Positions 29,417 through 39,584 of a stretch of DNA of 64,000 nt are shown piece by piece. Below the pieces are notes generated by a model, which did not search any database, was not told where the DNA came from, and saw only the letters and a list, made by a program, of their open reading frames with translations. Source of the DNA: Flexilinea sp. (GTDB taxonomy: Bacteria; Chloroflexota; Anaerolineae; Anaerolineales; Anaerolineaceae); the NCBI GenBank assembly GCA_026645735.1, contig JAPKMT010000009.1, positions 2,662 through 66,661 of the forward strand, read 5' to 3'. Position 1 is the stretch's first letter, and each line of letters opens with the position of its first letter. Made by a program: the position numbers and the translations under genes.

Positions 29417-30565
29417 CTATAAAGTTTCGACAAATCCCTTAATCCGTTTCAGACCCTCCTGAATATTTTCTTCAGAGGTTGCATACGTAAAACGCACAAA
29501 TCCTTCCCCGCTCTCGCCAAAACCGGAACCAGGTACCGTAACCACTCCGGTCTTCTTGAGTAAACTCATACAAAAATCTTCCGAGCGCATGCCTGTTTTT
29601 TTAATATTGGCAAAGACGTAAAAAGCTCCTTTGGGTGTCTTGCAGGAAATACCGTCCACTTGATTGATCAGTCCGCAGATGATATTGCGCCGTTTTTCAT
29701 AGATTTGACGCATCCGCTCAATTTCATGCTGATGTTCCCGAAGCGCAGTGGCAGCAGCAATCTGACTGGGCGCAGGCAGACAGGAAGCGCCATTTTCATG
29801 CAGTTTGGTCATGTTCCGGATGATATCCGGCTTGCTGACAGCGTACCCGAGACGCCATCCGGTCATGGCAAACATCTTTGAGAAACTGTTGATATAAATG
29901 ATCTTATCTTCCAGCCCGTCAAAGGAAGTGATGCTGCAATACCGCTCCTGATCATAGACCAACCGGTTATATACTTCATCCGCAATGACAAAAATATTGC
30001 GGTTGCGGAATAAATCCGCCAGCTGTTGCATCGTATCCGCATCAATCACAGCACCGGTTGGATTTGAAGGAGAATTTAGAATGATCGCTTTTGTTTTGCT
30101 GGAAATGGCTTTTTTAATATCGTCGATTTCAGGGACGAAATGATTTTCCTCACGAGCGGGCACTTCTTTTAGAATTGCCCCGCACATACCGATCTGTCCA
30201 AAGTAATTTGGCCAGGCAGGTGTGACAACAATGACTTCGTCGCCGGGATCGACAATTGTGAAAAGCGCCATTTGAATAGCTTCGGTTGCACCACAGGTGA
30301 CGATTATCTGACTTTCCGGATCCGGATTTAATCGCGTTTCATATTTCGCAATTTCCTGACGCAGAGATAGGACACCGGCATTCGCTGTATAATGAGTCAA
30401 ACCTTTCTGCCAATTCAAACATGCATCATCAATAATCGGTTTGGGTGTAATAAAATCCGGTTCTCCGACGGTGAAACTGATCGTATCCGTCATTTTCAAT
30501 GCTTCGTTAAACATCTGGCGAATAGCTGATCCACCTAAATTTTGTGCTATTTTTGATAGTTCCAT
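29417..30565 (-). CDS. PLP-dependent aminotransferase class I/II
   Basis: GEPDF, NSPSNPTG, DEVY, NSFSKMFAMTGWRLG (PLP Lys). Confidence 0.93.
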   Translation of the reverse strand: MELSKIAQNLGGSAIRQMFNEALKMTDTISFTVGEPDFITPKPIIDDACLNWQKGLTHYTANAGVLSLRQEIAKYETRLNPDPESQIIVTCGATEAIQMALFTIVDPGDEVIVVTPAWPNYFGQIGMCGAILKEVPAREENHFVPEIDDIKKAISSKTKAIILNSPSNPTGAVIDADTMQQLADLFRNRNIFVIADEVYNRLVYDQERYCSITSFDGLEDKIIYINSFSKMFAMTGWRLGYAVSKPDIIRNMTKLHENGASCLPAPSQIAAATALREHQHEIERMRQIYEKRRNIICGLINQVDGISCKTPKGAFYVFANIKKTGMRSEDFCMSLLKKTGVVTVPGSGFGESGEGFVRFTYATSEENIQEGLKRIKGFVETL

Positions 30566-30668
30566 ATCGATATTTTCCTTTTTTAGCTCCATTCTTCCGT
30601 TGCGATTCACTGTTTATATCAGTTATTATTCATTCTTGAACATTATGACTCAAAATATGCTTTCTTAA

Positions 30669-31385
30669 TTACGCACCCAAATAAGACTCCCGAACCCGAT
30701 CATCCTTTAGAAGGTCTGATGAGTTGCCTTCGATAGATATCAACCCGGTTTCCAAAACATAAGCACGGGATGCAGTCTGCAAGGCAAGAAATGCATTTTG
30801 TTCAATCAGTAAAATGCTGGTTCCTGCTTCATTGATTTCTTTAATGATGCGAAAAATATCTTCCACGATAATCGGGGCTAAACCCATGGATGGTTCGTCC
30901 AAAAGCATCAGCTTGCCGCCAGTCATGAGCGCCCGGCCCAGCGCCAACATTTGCTGCTCGCCACCGGATAATGTGCCCGCCAATTGAGACTGGCGTTCTT
31001 TCAATCTGGGAAAAGTCTGATAAGTGCGCTCCAGACGCTGTTGAATGATGGAAGACTCTTTGACGATATTCGCTCCCAGCATCAGGTTTTCTTTTACCGT
31101 CAATCGAGGGAAAACACGACGTCCTTCCGGTACATGAGCAATGCCGGCTTCCACGATTTTGTGAGCCGGCAATCTGGTTAATTCTTTTCCCAGAAATTGT
31201 ATACTGCCCGATTTTGCTTTCTCCAGTCCGGATATGGTTCTTAAAATGGTTGATTTTCCGGCGCCGTTCGCTCCAATCAGCGCAACAATTTCACCTTCAT
31301 CGAGGTTGAAGGATACACCCTTGACCGCAGTGATCATCCCGTATGAAACTGCGAGGTCTTTAACATCAAGCATTCGTGTTGACAT
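30669..31385 (-). CDS. livF: Branched-chain amino acid-type ABC ATP-binding protein
   Basis: GANGAGKS, LSGGEQQMLA, DEPSMGLAP. Confidence 0.92.
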   Translation of the reverse strand: MSTRMLDVKDLAVSYGMITAVKGVSFNLDEGEIVALIGANGAGKSTILRTISGLEKAKSGSIQFLGKELTRLPAHKIVEAGIAHVPEGRRVFPRLTVKENLMLGANIVKESSIIQQRLERTYQTFPRLKERQSQLAGTLSGGEQQMLALGRALMTGGKLMLLDEPSMGLAPIIVEDIFRIIKEINEAGTSILLIEQNAFLALQTASRAYVLETGLISIEGNSSDLLKDDRVRESYLGA

Positions 31386-32151
31386 TTTTGTATCCCCCTC
31401 CTAAATATGCAGCAATGACATCCGGGTTATTCTGAACCTCATCGGCTGACCCTTCAGCAATCGTTTCGCCGAAATTCAGCACTTTGATTCTGTCGGCGAT
31501 CGGCATCACAAAATTCATATGATGTTCAATCAGAATAATGGTCAGTCCCAGCTTGTCCCGCAATTCACGGACCATTTTTGCCATATCATCCAATTCCGTC
31601 GTAATCATACCGGCAACCGGTTCATCCAGTAGCAGAATTTTTGGCTCAAGCATCAATGCGCGCACAATTTCAAGGCGGCGTTGTGCTCCATAGGGAAGGT
31701 TTTTTGCGAGAATATCTGCCTTGCTGTCCAAGTCAAACTTTTTCAGCAAGTGTATCGCTCGTTCATCGATCATTCGTTCTTCCTGAACCATTTTCGGTGT
31801 GCGCAAGATACTCTCAAAAAAAGATTCGCTGCTTTTGTGAGTGTAGGCCATTTTTACATTGTCGATTACCGTCGATGCAGCAAACAAACGGATATTCTGA
31901 AAGGTCCGTGCAATCCCTTTTTGAGCAAATTGAAAAGGTTTTAATCCAAGCAAACTTTCACCATTAAGTTCGATCGAACCTTTTGTCGGCGCATATATTC
32001 CAGTCAGCATATTAAAGATGGTTGTTTTTCCAGCTCCATTCGGGCCGATAATTGCAATAATTTCACGTTCCTCGAGAGAAAGGCTGAAATCATCGACTGC
32101 TTTTAATCCGCCGAATTCGATGGAAAGGTTTTTGATTTCCAAGATTGACAT
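31366..32151 (-). CDS. livG: Branched-chain amino acid-type ABC ATP-binding protein
   Basis: GPNGAGKT, RTFQNIRLF, LPYGAQRRLEI. Confidence 0.92.
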   Translation of the reverse strand: MSILEIKNLSIEFGGLKAVDDFSLSLEEREIIAIIGPNGAGKTTIFNMLTGIYAPTKGSIELNGESLLGLKPFQFAQKGIARTFQNIRLFAASTVIDNVKMAYTHKSSESFFESILRTPKMVQEERMIDERAIHLLKKFDLDSKADILAKNLPYGAQRRLEIVRALMLEPKILLLDEPVAGMITTELDDMAKMVRELRDKLGLTIILIEHHMNFVMPIADRIKVLNFGETIAEGSADEVQNNPDVIAAYLGGGYKNVNTNA

Positions 32152-32168
32152 CGGTTGATCCCTTCTCA

Positions 32169-33197
32169 CTAATTTGATATTTCGGACGGATGAATGGTTT
32201 TTCTGCTGAAAATGCTTTTCTCATATAAAGATTTCCGGTTGATCTTCAAGAAAGGAAGCTCTTTTCCGCCGCACAAACCCAATGGCCTGTAAAGCATGAT
32301 AATGACCAAAGTCACTGCATAAATCACGATTCTCCAATTCACGAGGTTTCCAAAAGCCCGCAATGCTTCCGGTAATACGGTTAATAACAGACCGCCGAGG
32401 ACAGAACCGGTCAGAGATCCGGTACCGCCTGCATAGAGATATACCAACAGGTCACTCGATTTGACAAAACTGAAGGTGTCCGGCTGGATAAAGGACATGA
32501 CATGAGCATACAAACCACCGGCAACTCCTGCGATAAATGCCGCAAATACAAAAGAAATGATTTTATATTTGGTCGTATTAATTCCCATCGCATCGGCTGC
32601 AATCTCATTATCGCGAATCGCAATGCAAGCTCTGCCATGTTTTGAATAGATAAAATTACGGGCTACAATCAGCGTTAAGACTACAAAGAATAAGACCCAG
32701 GCAAAATTTGTATAGGGAGGAATGCCGATCATGCCTCTGGCGGCACCAATTGGTTCAATCAACCGCAGCGTTGCCCGGACAATTTCGCCAAAAGCGAGCG
32801 TAACAATGGCCAAATAATCCCCTTTTAATTTCAACGTCGGAATACCAATCAGAAGACCGACAGCACCTGCCACCAGCCCTCCGGCAAGCAATCCCAGAAG
32901 AAAAACAGGAATTCTAAGGTTCGGCGCAACAGAAAATCCTCCAAAAATCAACGTTGTAACGATCGAAGCGCCGTAGGCACCTAAAGACATAAAACCGGCG
33001 TGACCGATACAGAACTGTCCGGTAAAACCGTTGACAATGTTCAAGCTGATGGTCATAATGATATTTACACCCGCAAACATCAAGACCTGAATGTGATACG
33101 GGTTCATGACCTTAATCGATTTGAGGTACATAATCAGGTAATAGAGCGCAACAACACCTATTAGAGGCAAAATCTTTCGAATTATGGATTTCATCAT
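32169..33197 (-). CDS. livM: Branched-chain amino acid-type ABC permease
   Basis: LKGDYLAIVTLAFGEI, GRACIAIRDNE. Confidence 0.92.
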   Translation of the reverse strand: MMKSIIRKILPLIGVVALYYLIMYLKSIKVMNPYHIQVLMFAGVNIIMTISLNIVNGFTGQFCIGHAGFMSLGAYGASIVTTLIFGGFSVAPNLRIPVFLLGLLAGGLVAGAVGLLIGIPTLKLKGDYLAIVTLAFGEIVRATLRLIEPIGAARGMIGIPPYTNFAWVLFFVVLTLIVARNFIYSKHGRACIAIRDNEIAADAMGINTTKYKIISFVFAAFIAGVAGGLYAHVMSFIQPDTFSFVKSSDLLVYLYAGGTGSLTGSVLGGLLLTVLPEALRAFGNLVNWRIVIYAVTLVIIMLYRPLGLCGGKELPFLKINRKSLYEKSIFSRKTIHPSEISN

Positions 33198-33205
33198 AGG
33201 CCTCT

Positions 33206-34117
33206 TTAAACCTTGTCAATCGTCAGCTTGCCCATGATACCGGCAGGTTTGAATAATAAAATCAGTATCAGAATCACAAATCCGATGGCATATCCGAGAT
33301 TGGAATTCACGGAAGTCGCCAAAATTTCTGTGATACCCATAATAAAACCGCCGAGCATTGCCCCGCGAATATCCCCAATTCCTCCAATGACTGCCGCAAT
33401 GAAAGATTTGGTTCCCAGCCACCCGCCCATATACACATCCACCTGAGGATAAATGCTGGCATAGAAAATACCACTCGCTGCAGCCAAAGCAGCTCCAACG
33501 AAAAATGTAATCGAAATCACACGATTGATATTGATACCCATTAATTGAGCAGCATCTTTATCCATGCTGCATGCCCGCATCTGCCTGCCAATCTTTGTCC
33601 GATTGACAACATTGTACAAGATGAACATGAATACAAGCGATAAAACAATCATGATAATCTGTGTGGTACTGATCATGACTCCCTGAATTTGAAATCGTTT
33701 TGCTGGAAACAACATCGGGAATGAACGGGGAGAAGGACCGATGAATGGCAAAGCACGGGGGAAATTCTCAAGGAACATTGAGACACCTACTGCTGTTATT
33801 AAGGCTGACATTTTGGGACGATTCCGCAGCGGTTTATAAGCAATTGCTTCCACGCTCACACCGATCAATCCGGTACCCACCATTGCAACAAATATGATCA
33901 AAGCTACAATCAATCCGGAATAGGTACCATTGACGGCAAACGATGAAAAGGCTTGAGAAAGGAAAAAGGTGCTCAGCGCCCCGATCATCAGGAAATCACC
34001 ATGGGCAAAATTGATCATACCCACAATACCGTACACCATGGTATATCCGATAGCCAGCAAAGCATAAACGCTGCCTAATTGAAGTCCATAAACCAAAAAT
34101 TGCATCAGGGTGGACAA
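33206..34117 (-). CDS. livH: Branched-chain amino acid-type ABC permease
   Basis: GYTMVYGIVGMINFAHGD, GRQMRA. Confidence 0.92.
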   Translation of the reverse strand: MSTLMQFLVYGLQLGSVYALLAIGYTMVYGIVGMINFAHGDFLMIGALSTFFLSQAFSSFAVNGTYSGLIVALIIFVAMVGTGLIGVSVEAIAYKPLRNRPKMSALITAVGVSMFLENFPRALPFIGPSPRSFPMLFPAKRFQIQGVMISTTQIIMIVLSLVFMFILYNVVNRTKIGRQMRACSMDKDAAQLMGININRVISITFFVGAALAAASGIFYASIYPQVDVYMGGWLGTKSFIAAVIGGIGDIRGAMLGGFIMGITEILATSVNSNLGYAIGFVILILILLFKPAGIMGKLTIDKV

Positions 34118-34160
34118 GTTTATACCTCCATTTTTTTGCCGATTTCAGTCGAAATATTAT

Positions 34161-34198
34161 GAAATGCCTGCCGCTGAAACAAGATCGGCAGGCATTTC
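34161..34198. terminator. Stem-loop between SBP and permease genes
   Basis: GAAATGCCTGCCG...CGGCAGGCATTTC. Confidence 0.7.
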
Positions 34199-34218
34199 CA
34201 ATTTAGAATTTTGATTGA

Positions 34219-35382
34219 TTATGGATTTACATTTTTAAGGAATGTTGCAACACCCTGATCGTTATACTGAAGAATGGCAGCACCTTTAATCGGGTTGCGA
34301 TCTTCTCCCACAGTGACAACGCCGGAAGGCAGCGCCAGACCTTCAATTTGTGCAAGCGCATCGCGTACTCCGGCACGGTCTACTGTTTTGGCATTCTTAA
34401 TCGCTTCCACTAACATCGCACCGGCTTCGTAAGCCAGCACGGCGTTGGAATTCGGTACATCGCCATTGTATGCAGTCTTGAAGTCGTTAACGAATTTCTG
34501 AGCGATCGGATCCGGATTATCAGGAGAAAATGCTGAGATATAGACTGAACCTTTAATATTTTCAGCTCCGGCAACCTGCGCGACTTCCGGTGTATCCCAA
34601 CTGTCACCACCGATCAACGGAACGGTAATGCCATTGGCACGAGCCTGCTGGACCTGAAGCGGAACTTCATTTAACAGGTTCGGCATAAAGACGCATTCCG
34701 GTTTCGCTGCGGCAATTTTGGTTAACTGGACATTGTAATCCTTGACATCTGCACCGCTATAAGCCTGGGTTTCGACAATTTTTCCGCCAAGAGCTTCGTA
34801 GGATTGGACAAAAGCTTCATAAAGTCCTTTGCTGTACGCATCCGCATTGTTATAAAGCACTGCCGCGGTTTTGTAACCTTCACCCCAAGCATAGGTGGCA
34901 GCGACCTGACCCTGGAAAGGATCGATGAAACAGGCACGGAACAGATAATCACCAACCTGGGTTACGGCAACATTGGTCGTGAAAGTACCGATGGCCGGGC
35001 ATCCGGCAGACTGCGCAATCGTTCCGGCAGCAAGAATACACTTAGACATGTCCGGACCTACAATTCCAATGACCTCATCCTGGTAAATCAGCTTTTGATA
35101 GACATTGGTTGTGATGTCTTCTTTTGCTTCATTGTCTTCATAGACGAACTCGATCGGGTATAGAACGCCATTATTCATGACGCCACCGGCAGCATTAAGT
35201 TCATTCTCGAGCAGCTTCACACCATTGACGATGTATTTTCCTGCCAATGCCGCACTTCCGGAAATCGGACTGACTACACCGATTTTCAATGTTTCGCCGG
35301 TCTCAGCTGCACTGACAGCAGCAACACTGACCAGCATCGTTAAAAGAACGAGAACAGATAAAACAACATAAATCTTCTTCAT
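34219..35382 (-). CDS. LivK/LivJ-like ABC solute-binding protein
   Basis: Signal peptide, IGVVSPISG, FRACFIDPFQG, IGGDSWD. Confidence 0.9.
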   Translation of the reverse strand: MKKIYVVLSVLVLLTMLVSVAAVSAAETGETLKIGVVSPISGSAALAGKYIVNGVKLLENELNAAGGVMNNGVLYPIEFVYEDNEAKEDITTNVYQKLIYQDEVIGIVGPDMSKCILAAGTIAQSAGCPAIGTFTTNVAVTQVGDYLFRACFIDPFQGQVAATYAWGEGYKTAAVLYNNADAYSKGLYEAFVQSYEALGGKIVETQAYSGADVKDYNVQLTKIAAAKPECVFMPNLLNEVPLQVQQARANGITVPLIGGDSWDTPEVAQVAGAENIKGSVYISAFSPDNPDPIAQKFVNDFKTAYNGDVPNSNAVLAYEAGAMLVEAIKNAKTVDRAGVRDALAQIEGLALPSGVVTVGEDRNPIKGAAILQYNDQGVATFLKNVNP

Positions 35383-35704
35383 AACTGATTCCTCCATAGT
35401 TTTTGTTTGTTATCAGCAAAAGGATTTGCTGTAATTCCATTGTACGATAAAAATAAACCACTCCAATCGAAATTCAATAATTTTGACGTTCGGATCAGAA
35501 TGCTTCTCTCTGTATCGATAAATCAGTTAAATCGCAACCTGTTGACCGAAATTCCATAGGTTGATTTTTCTCTCGAACCAATCCAATTCGGCATCAGATA
35601 CTTACAAAAAACCGGTATTTCCTCTGTTAATGTAAAAATCGAAATTCGTTTATTCCATGAGTTGATGTATAAAATGAAAGATCGTGTTTGATTAGAAGAA
35701 ATTG

Positions 35705-35719
35705 TTCCACATTATGGTA
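35705..35719. promoter_or_regulatory. Candidate IclR operator 1
   Basis: TTCCACATTATGGTA, related to sites at 35891 and 36998. Confidence 0.5.
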
Positions 35720-35890
35720 TTGAATTTCATTATTTCGGAGTATATCATAAAAATTATTGGCATTCAAGCACTTTAATTTTCTAAAAAACAAAAAATTCAT
35801 AGGAAAAGTAATAAACAGGATAAAAATCACAAGATGATTATTACAAATCAGTTTTTTTCGGTGTACTTTTATATGTAAGGTGTAACGATG

Positions 35891-35905
35891 TTCCATCATA
35901 CGGAT
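35891..35905. promoter_or_regulatory. Candidate IclR operator 2
   Basis: TTCCATCATACGGAT upstream of IclR gene. Confidence 0.45.
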
Positions 35906-35962
35906 TCTATGCTATACTTTGCGGTAATTCTTGAAAGCGAAACTATTTGCAAAGGGGAAAAC

Positions 35963-36730
35963 ATGGAAGCGTCCCGCGTACAAGTCATTGACAGAGCCTT
36001 AGACATCATTGAACAATTAGCCACTTCCGAAAAAGGGCTCAGTATCACTGAATTAGCCCGTAGAACTGATCTGCCGAAGAGTACTGTACATAGAATTCTT
36101 AGCTCTTTCATCCCGCGCCATTTGATTGAGAAGAATGAACAAACCAACCTGTATGTGCTCGGATATAAATTTGTCGAAATTTCCAGTATTTATCTCAATA
36201 AAATTGTCCTAAAAACTGAAGCCGTTCCGATCATGCACAATATTGCAACAACTTTTAATGCGATTTCGTATCTCGGCGTTTTAGATCAAAATGAAGTCAT
36301 GTATTTAGAAAGAATTGAACAGTTTAATAGCATTCGTCTGTATTATGATATCGGAAAACGTGAACCGGTGTACTGTACCGCTTTAGGGAAAGTGCTTTTG
36401 TCCCAACTGCCGGAAGAAGAATTTGAAAGAGTTGGCAAATCGATCCAGTATCTTAAAAGAACTACCAAGACGATCACTAACTTCGAGGAACTTGCACGGG
36501 AAGTGCAACAGGCCAGAATCGATGGTTATGCAATTGATCGCGGTGAACACGTCGAAAACAGTTATTGTCTGGCCGTTCCAATTTACGATTTTACGCGCAA
36601 AGTTGTCGCAGCGATGAGCGTTTCCAGATTGGAACTGTTTAAGGCATATAAACAGGAAGTTGTTCTGTCAAAAATGCGTGAAGCGGCGGAACAGTTATCG
36701 TTACGAATGGGATATACCAGGCCAAAATAA
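35963..36730 (+). CDS. IclR family transcriptional regulator
   Basis: VIDRALDII..., ELARRTDLPKSTVHRIL HTH, YCTALGKVLL, LAVPI. Confidence 0.95.
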   Translation: MEASRVQVIDRALDIIEQLATSEKGLSITELARRTDLPKSTVHRILSSFIPRHLIEKNEQTNLYVLGYKFVEISSIYLNKIVLKTEAVPIMHNIATTFNAISYLGVLDQNEVMYLERIEQFNSIRLYYDIGKREPVYCTALGKVLLSQLPEEEFERVGKSIQYLKRTTKTITNFEELAREVQQARIDGYAIDRGEHVENSYCLAVPIYDFTRKVVAAMSVSRLELFKAYKQEVVLSKMREAAEQLSLRMGYTRPK

Positions 36731-36745
36731 TGAATAATGAATTTT

Positions 36746-36770
36746 AACCGCAGCGTTGCTGCGGTTTTTT
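36746..36770 (+). terminator. Intrinsic terminator after IclR gene
   Basis: AACCGCAGC-GTT-GCTGCGGTT-TTTT. Confidence 0.8.
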
Positions 36771-36833
36771 GTTGTATCGAATTGAACTTAAAAAATATTC
36801 ATGATTCTGCAGCTGACTGAACCTGCGAAATAT

Positions 36834-36955
36834 CAGCAATTGGAAAATGCGAAAAAGTATATGTTGTTGTGTTGTTTTTGCGCGTAGCGCAAAAACAACA
36901 CAACAACAAGTTTTCTCGATCGATTCGAAAGGTTGGTTCATATTTCGAATTACTG
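36834..36955 (-). mobile_element. 122-bp MITE copy
   Basis: Perfect 22-bp arms with GTA loop; TSD GCGAAATAT/GTGAAATAT (8/9). Confidence 0.9.
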
Positions 36956-36970
36956 GTGAAATATTTGTAT

Positions 36971-36998
36971 TTGACTCTTTTATTGGATTGCATATAAT
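36971..36998 (+). promoter_or_regulatory. Sigma70-type promoter of eda-kdgK-eda operon
   Basis: TTGACT-16 bp-TATAAT. Confidence 0.65.
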
Positions 36999-37012
36999 TC
37001 CTTATTATGGAA
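36998..37012. promoter_or_regulatory. Candidate IclR operator 3
   Basis: TTCC-TTATTAT-GGAA inverted repeat abutting the -10 box. Confidence 0.55.
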
Positions 37013-37048
37013 CAGGATTTCAATTTTTTTTTCGAAAAGGAATCTGCT

Positions 37049-37699
37049 ATGACCCAGGAAATTCAAAAGTTAATAGAACAACAGAAAGTGATTGCCATCT
37101 GCCGAAAAGTATATGGAGCGGAATTGTCAGCCTTTGTCTCTGCGATTGAACGCGGCGGCATTCAGCTTGTCGAGGTCACCTTCGACCAGCAGGACCCTCT
37201 TTGCGTTCAGAAAACATCCGGAGCGCTTCAAATGCTGAATGTAACCTTTTCCGGACGTGCCTTTGGAGCCGGAACCGTGCTGACAAGAGATCAGGTAAAA
37301 GCAGCTCATGATGCAGGAGCAAAATATATCATTTCGCCTAATACGGACATAGAAATCATCCGCTATACGAAAGAATTGGGAATGGTTTCAATTCCAGGCG
37401 CCATGACACCATCAGAAATCATCACAGCCCATCATGCCGGGGCGGATTTTGTGAAATTATTTCCGTGCGGAAGTCTGGGCGCTGCATATATTAAAGAAGT
37501 GATGGCGCCGATCAACCACATCAAAATGATGGCGGTTGGAGGAATCAACATCGAAAATCTGGCAGCATTCATGAGCCTGGGTTTTGCGGGTGTCGGAATT
37601 GGAAGCTCGTTATGCAACAGGAAACTCCTGAGTGAAAACCGCTTTGACCAAATCGAAGACAATGCAAGGAAAATTCGCGAGATTTTATCAAATATTTAA
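37049..37699 (+). CDS. eda: KDPG/KHG aldolase (copy 1)
   Basis: VEVTF (Glu), GAGTV, ISPN, PGAMTPSEI, VKLFP (Schiff-base Lys), AVGGI. Confidence 0.9.
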   Translation: MTQEIQKLIEQQKVIAICRKVYGAELSAFVSAIERGGIQLVEVTFDQQDPLCVQKTSGALQMLNVTFSGRAFGAGTVLTRDQVKAAHDAGAKYIISPNTDIEIIRYTKELGMVSIPGAMTPSEIITAHHAGADFVKLFPCGSLGAAYIKEVMAPINHIKMMAVGGINIENLAAFMSLGFAGVGIGSSLCNRKLLSENRFDQIEDNARKIREILSNI

Positions 37700-37713
37700 A
37701 AAGAGGATCCAGC

Positions 37714-38736
37714 ATGGGAAAAGTAGTTGGTTTTGGGGATATGTTAGTCAGGCTCAGTCCGCCGGGGTATCAAAGGTTTTTACAAGCCGCTTCGTTTGAT
37801 GTGAATTACACTGGTGCAGAAGCAAATGTTTTGGTAGGTCTGAGCAACAACGGAATTGACACGGAATTTGTCACGCGCCTGCCGGAAAATGCAATTTCAG
37901 CCTGCGCGGTTTCCATGCTGAAACGTTTCTCGGTAGGGACTTCTCATATCGCCTATGGCGGAAACCGGCTTGGAGTTTTTTATTGCGAAAAGGGAGCCTC
38001 CCAACGTCCTTCCAAAATTGTGTATGACCGAAAAAATACTGCTATTTCGGAAGCGAAACCGGTTGACTTTGATTGGGACAGCATTTTCAAGTGTGCAGAC
38101 TGGTTCCATTTTACAGGTATCACACCGGCTCTCGGCGAACACCTGCCGCAAGTAGTTGAGGAAGCATGCATAAAAGCCCATACCGCCGGCATGACGATCA
38201 GCTGCGATCTCAATTACCGCTCAGCGTTATGGTCCGAAGAAAAAGCTCAGTCCGTTATGAAAAACCTGATGCAGTATGTTGACATTCTGATTGGAAATGA
38301 AGAAGATGCCTGCAAAGTGCTGGGTGCTGTACCCGGTAACACGGATGTGAAAAGCGGTAAACTGGATTATTCAGGTTATATCAGTATCGCCGAACAACTG
38401 ATCAACACCTATCATTTCAAGAAAGTAGCCTTCTCGCTTCGAGAAAGCATTTCGGCTTCAGATAACAATTGGTCTGCCATGCTTTTTTCGGATGGTAAAT
38501 ACTTCCCGTCGAAGAAGTATTCTATCCATCTGATTGATCGTGTTGGCGGAGGAGATTCTTTTGCCGCGGGATTAATTTATGGATTGATCAAAGATTTCGA
38601 TCCACAAACAGTGATTGAATATGCAACCGCTGCCGCCTGTTTGAAACAAACCATGGAAATGGATTTTAACCTGTCAACAGAAGAGGAAATCTTCCGTCTG
38701 ATGGGAGGGGACAGTTCCGGCAGAATCCAGAGATAA
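37714..38736 (+). CDS. kdgK: PfkB family sugar kinase, KdgK-like (copy 2)
   Basis: FGDMLVRL, GAEANV, WFHFTGITPA, DRVGGGDSF. Confidence 0.88.
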   Translation: MGKVVGFGDMLVRLSPPGYQRFLQAASFDVNYTGAEANVLVGLSNNGIDTEFVTRLPENAISACAVSMLKRFSVGTSHIAYGGNRLGVFYCEKGASQRPSKIVYDRKNTAISEAKPVDFDWDSIFKCADWFHFTGITPALGEHLPQVVEEACIKAHTAGMTISCDLNYRSALWSEEKAQSVMKNLMQYVDILIGNEEDACKVLGAVPGNTDVKSGKLDYSGYISIAEQLINTYHFKKVAFSLRESISASDNNWSAMLFSDGKYFPSKKYSIHLIDRVGGGDSFAAGLIYGLIKDFDPQTVIEYATAAACLKQTMEMDFNLSTEEEIFRLMGGDSSGRIQR

Positions 38737-38795
38737 GTCAGCCAAACATCTCCGATTATGTCAGAAATTCTGAAATTCTTAATAAGGGACGAAAA

Positions 38796-39443
38796 ATGCA
38801 AAAAGAACAGATTATTACGAAATTGAAGGATTGCGGACTCGTTGCCGTAATTCGCGCAAAAAATACCGAAGAAGCGCTGAAAGTAGCGGATGCCTGCGTC
38901 AAAGGCGGCGTTGCAGGGATTGAATTAACTTACACCGTGCCGGGTGTGACGGACATCATTCATCGGCTGGCTGAGGAATATAAAGATTCCACGGATTTCA
39001 TCATCGGCGCCGGAACCGTTCTGGACTCGGAAACCGCAAGAATCGCCATTCTTGCCGGTGCACAATACATCGTCGGACCTGCTTTTGACGCTGAAACTGT
39101 CCGCTTATGCAACCGGTATCGTGTCCCGGTCATGCCCGGGGCCATGAGCATCCGAGAAGTGATCATGGATCTTGAGGCTGGTGTGGATATTATTAAGATT
39201 TTCCCGGGTGAACTATTTGGACCGAAAATTATCAAATCCATCCTCGGACCGCTTCCGCAAGCCCAGATGATGCCGACCGGCGGCGTGTCATTGGAAAATG
39301 TCAGTGAATGGATCAAAGCCGGCGCAGTAGCGGTCGGTGTCGGCGGCGCGCTCATCGGCGGTGCAAAAACCGGTGACTTTCAATCGATTACCGATTTGGC
39401 CAAGACATTCCTTGAGAAAATTAAAGAAGCCCGCGGGCTGTAA
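38796..39443 (+). CDS. eda: KDPG/KHG aldolase (copy 2)
   Basis: VAVIR, IELT, GAGTVLD, IKIFPG, PTGGV. Confidence 0.92.
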   Translation: MQKEQIITKLKDCGLVAVIRAKNTEEALKVADACVKGGVAGIELTYTVPGVTDIIHRLAEEYKDSTDFIIGAGTVLDSETARIAILAGAQYIVGPAFDAETVRLCNRYRVPVMPGAMSIREVIMDLEAGVDIIKIFPGELFGPKIIKSILGPLPQAQMMPTGGVSLENVSEWIKAGAVAVGVGGALIGGAKTGDFQSITDLAKTFLEKIKEARGL

Positions 39444-39491
39444 ATCAAAAAGGGAGAATTACTTTTTTTTTACCCATCTAAATGATTTGTG

Positions 39492-39545
39492 AAAAATGAG
39501 CGCTGGTCTTTCTTTCGGGAAATGCATTCACAGCGCTCATTTTTT
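39492..39545. terminator. Bidirectional terminator
   Basis: AAAAATGAGCGCTG...CAGCGCTCATTTTT between convergent genes. Confidence 0.8.
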
Positions 39546-39584
39546 ATGGAAAAACTCTCATAAAGGAAAGTCTAAAAAATTCAC

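Noticed and set aside
36744-37149. Short ORFs sharing CCVVFA(R/L).AKTTQQ / CCFCA.RKNN peptides (also 14555, 45446, 54516, 61087)
   Set aside because: They are translations of the MITE palindrome in various frames, not a peptide family; no consistent RBS or start.
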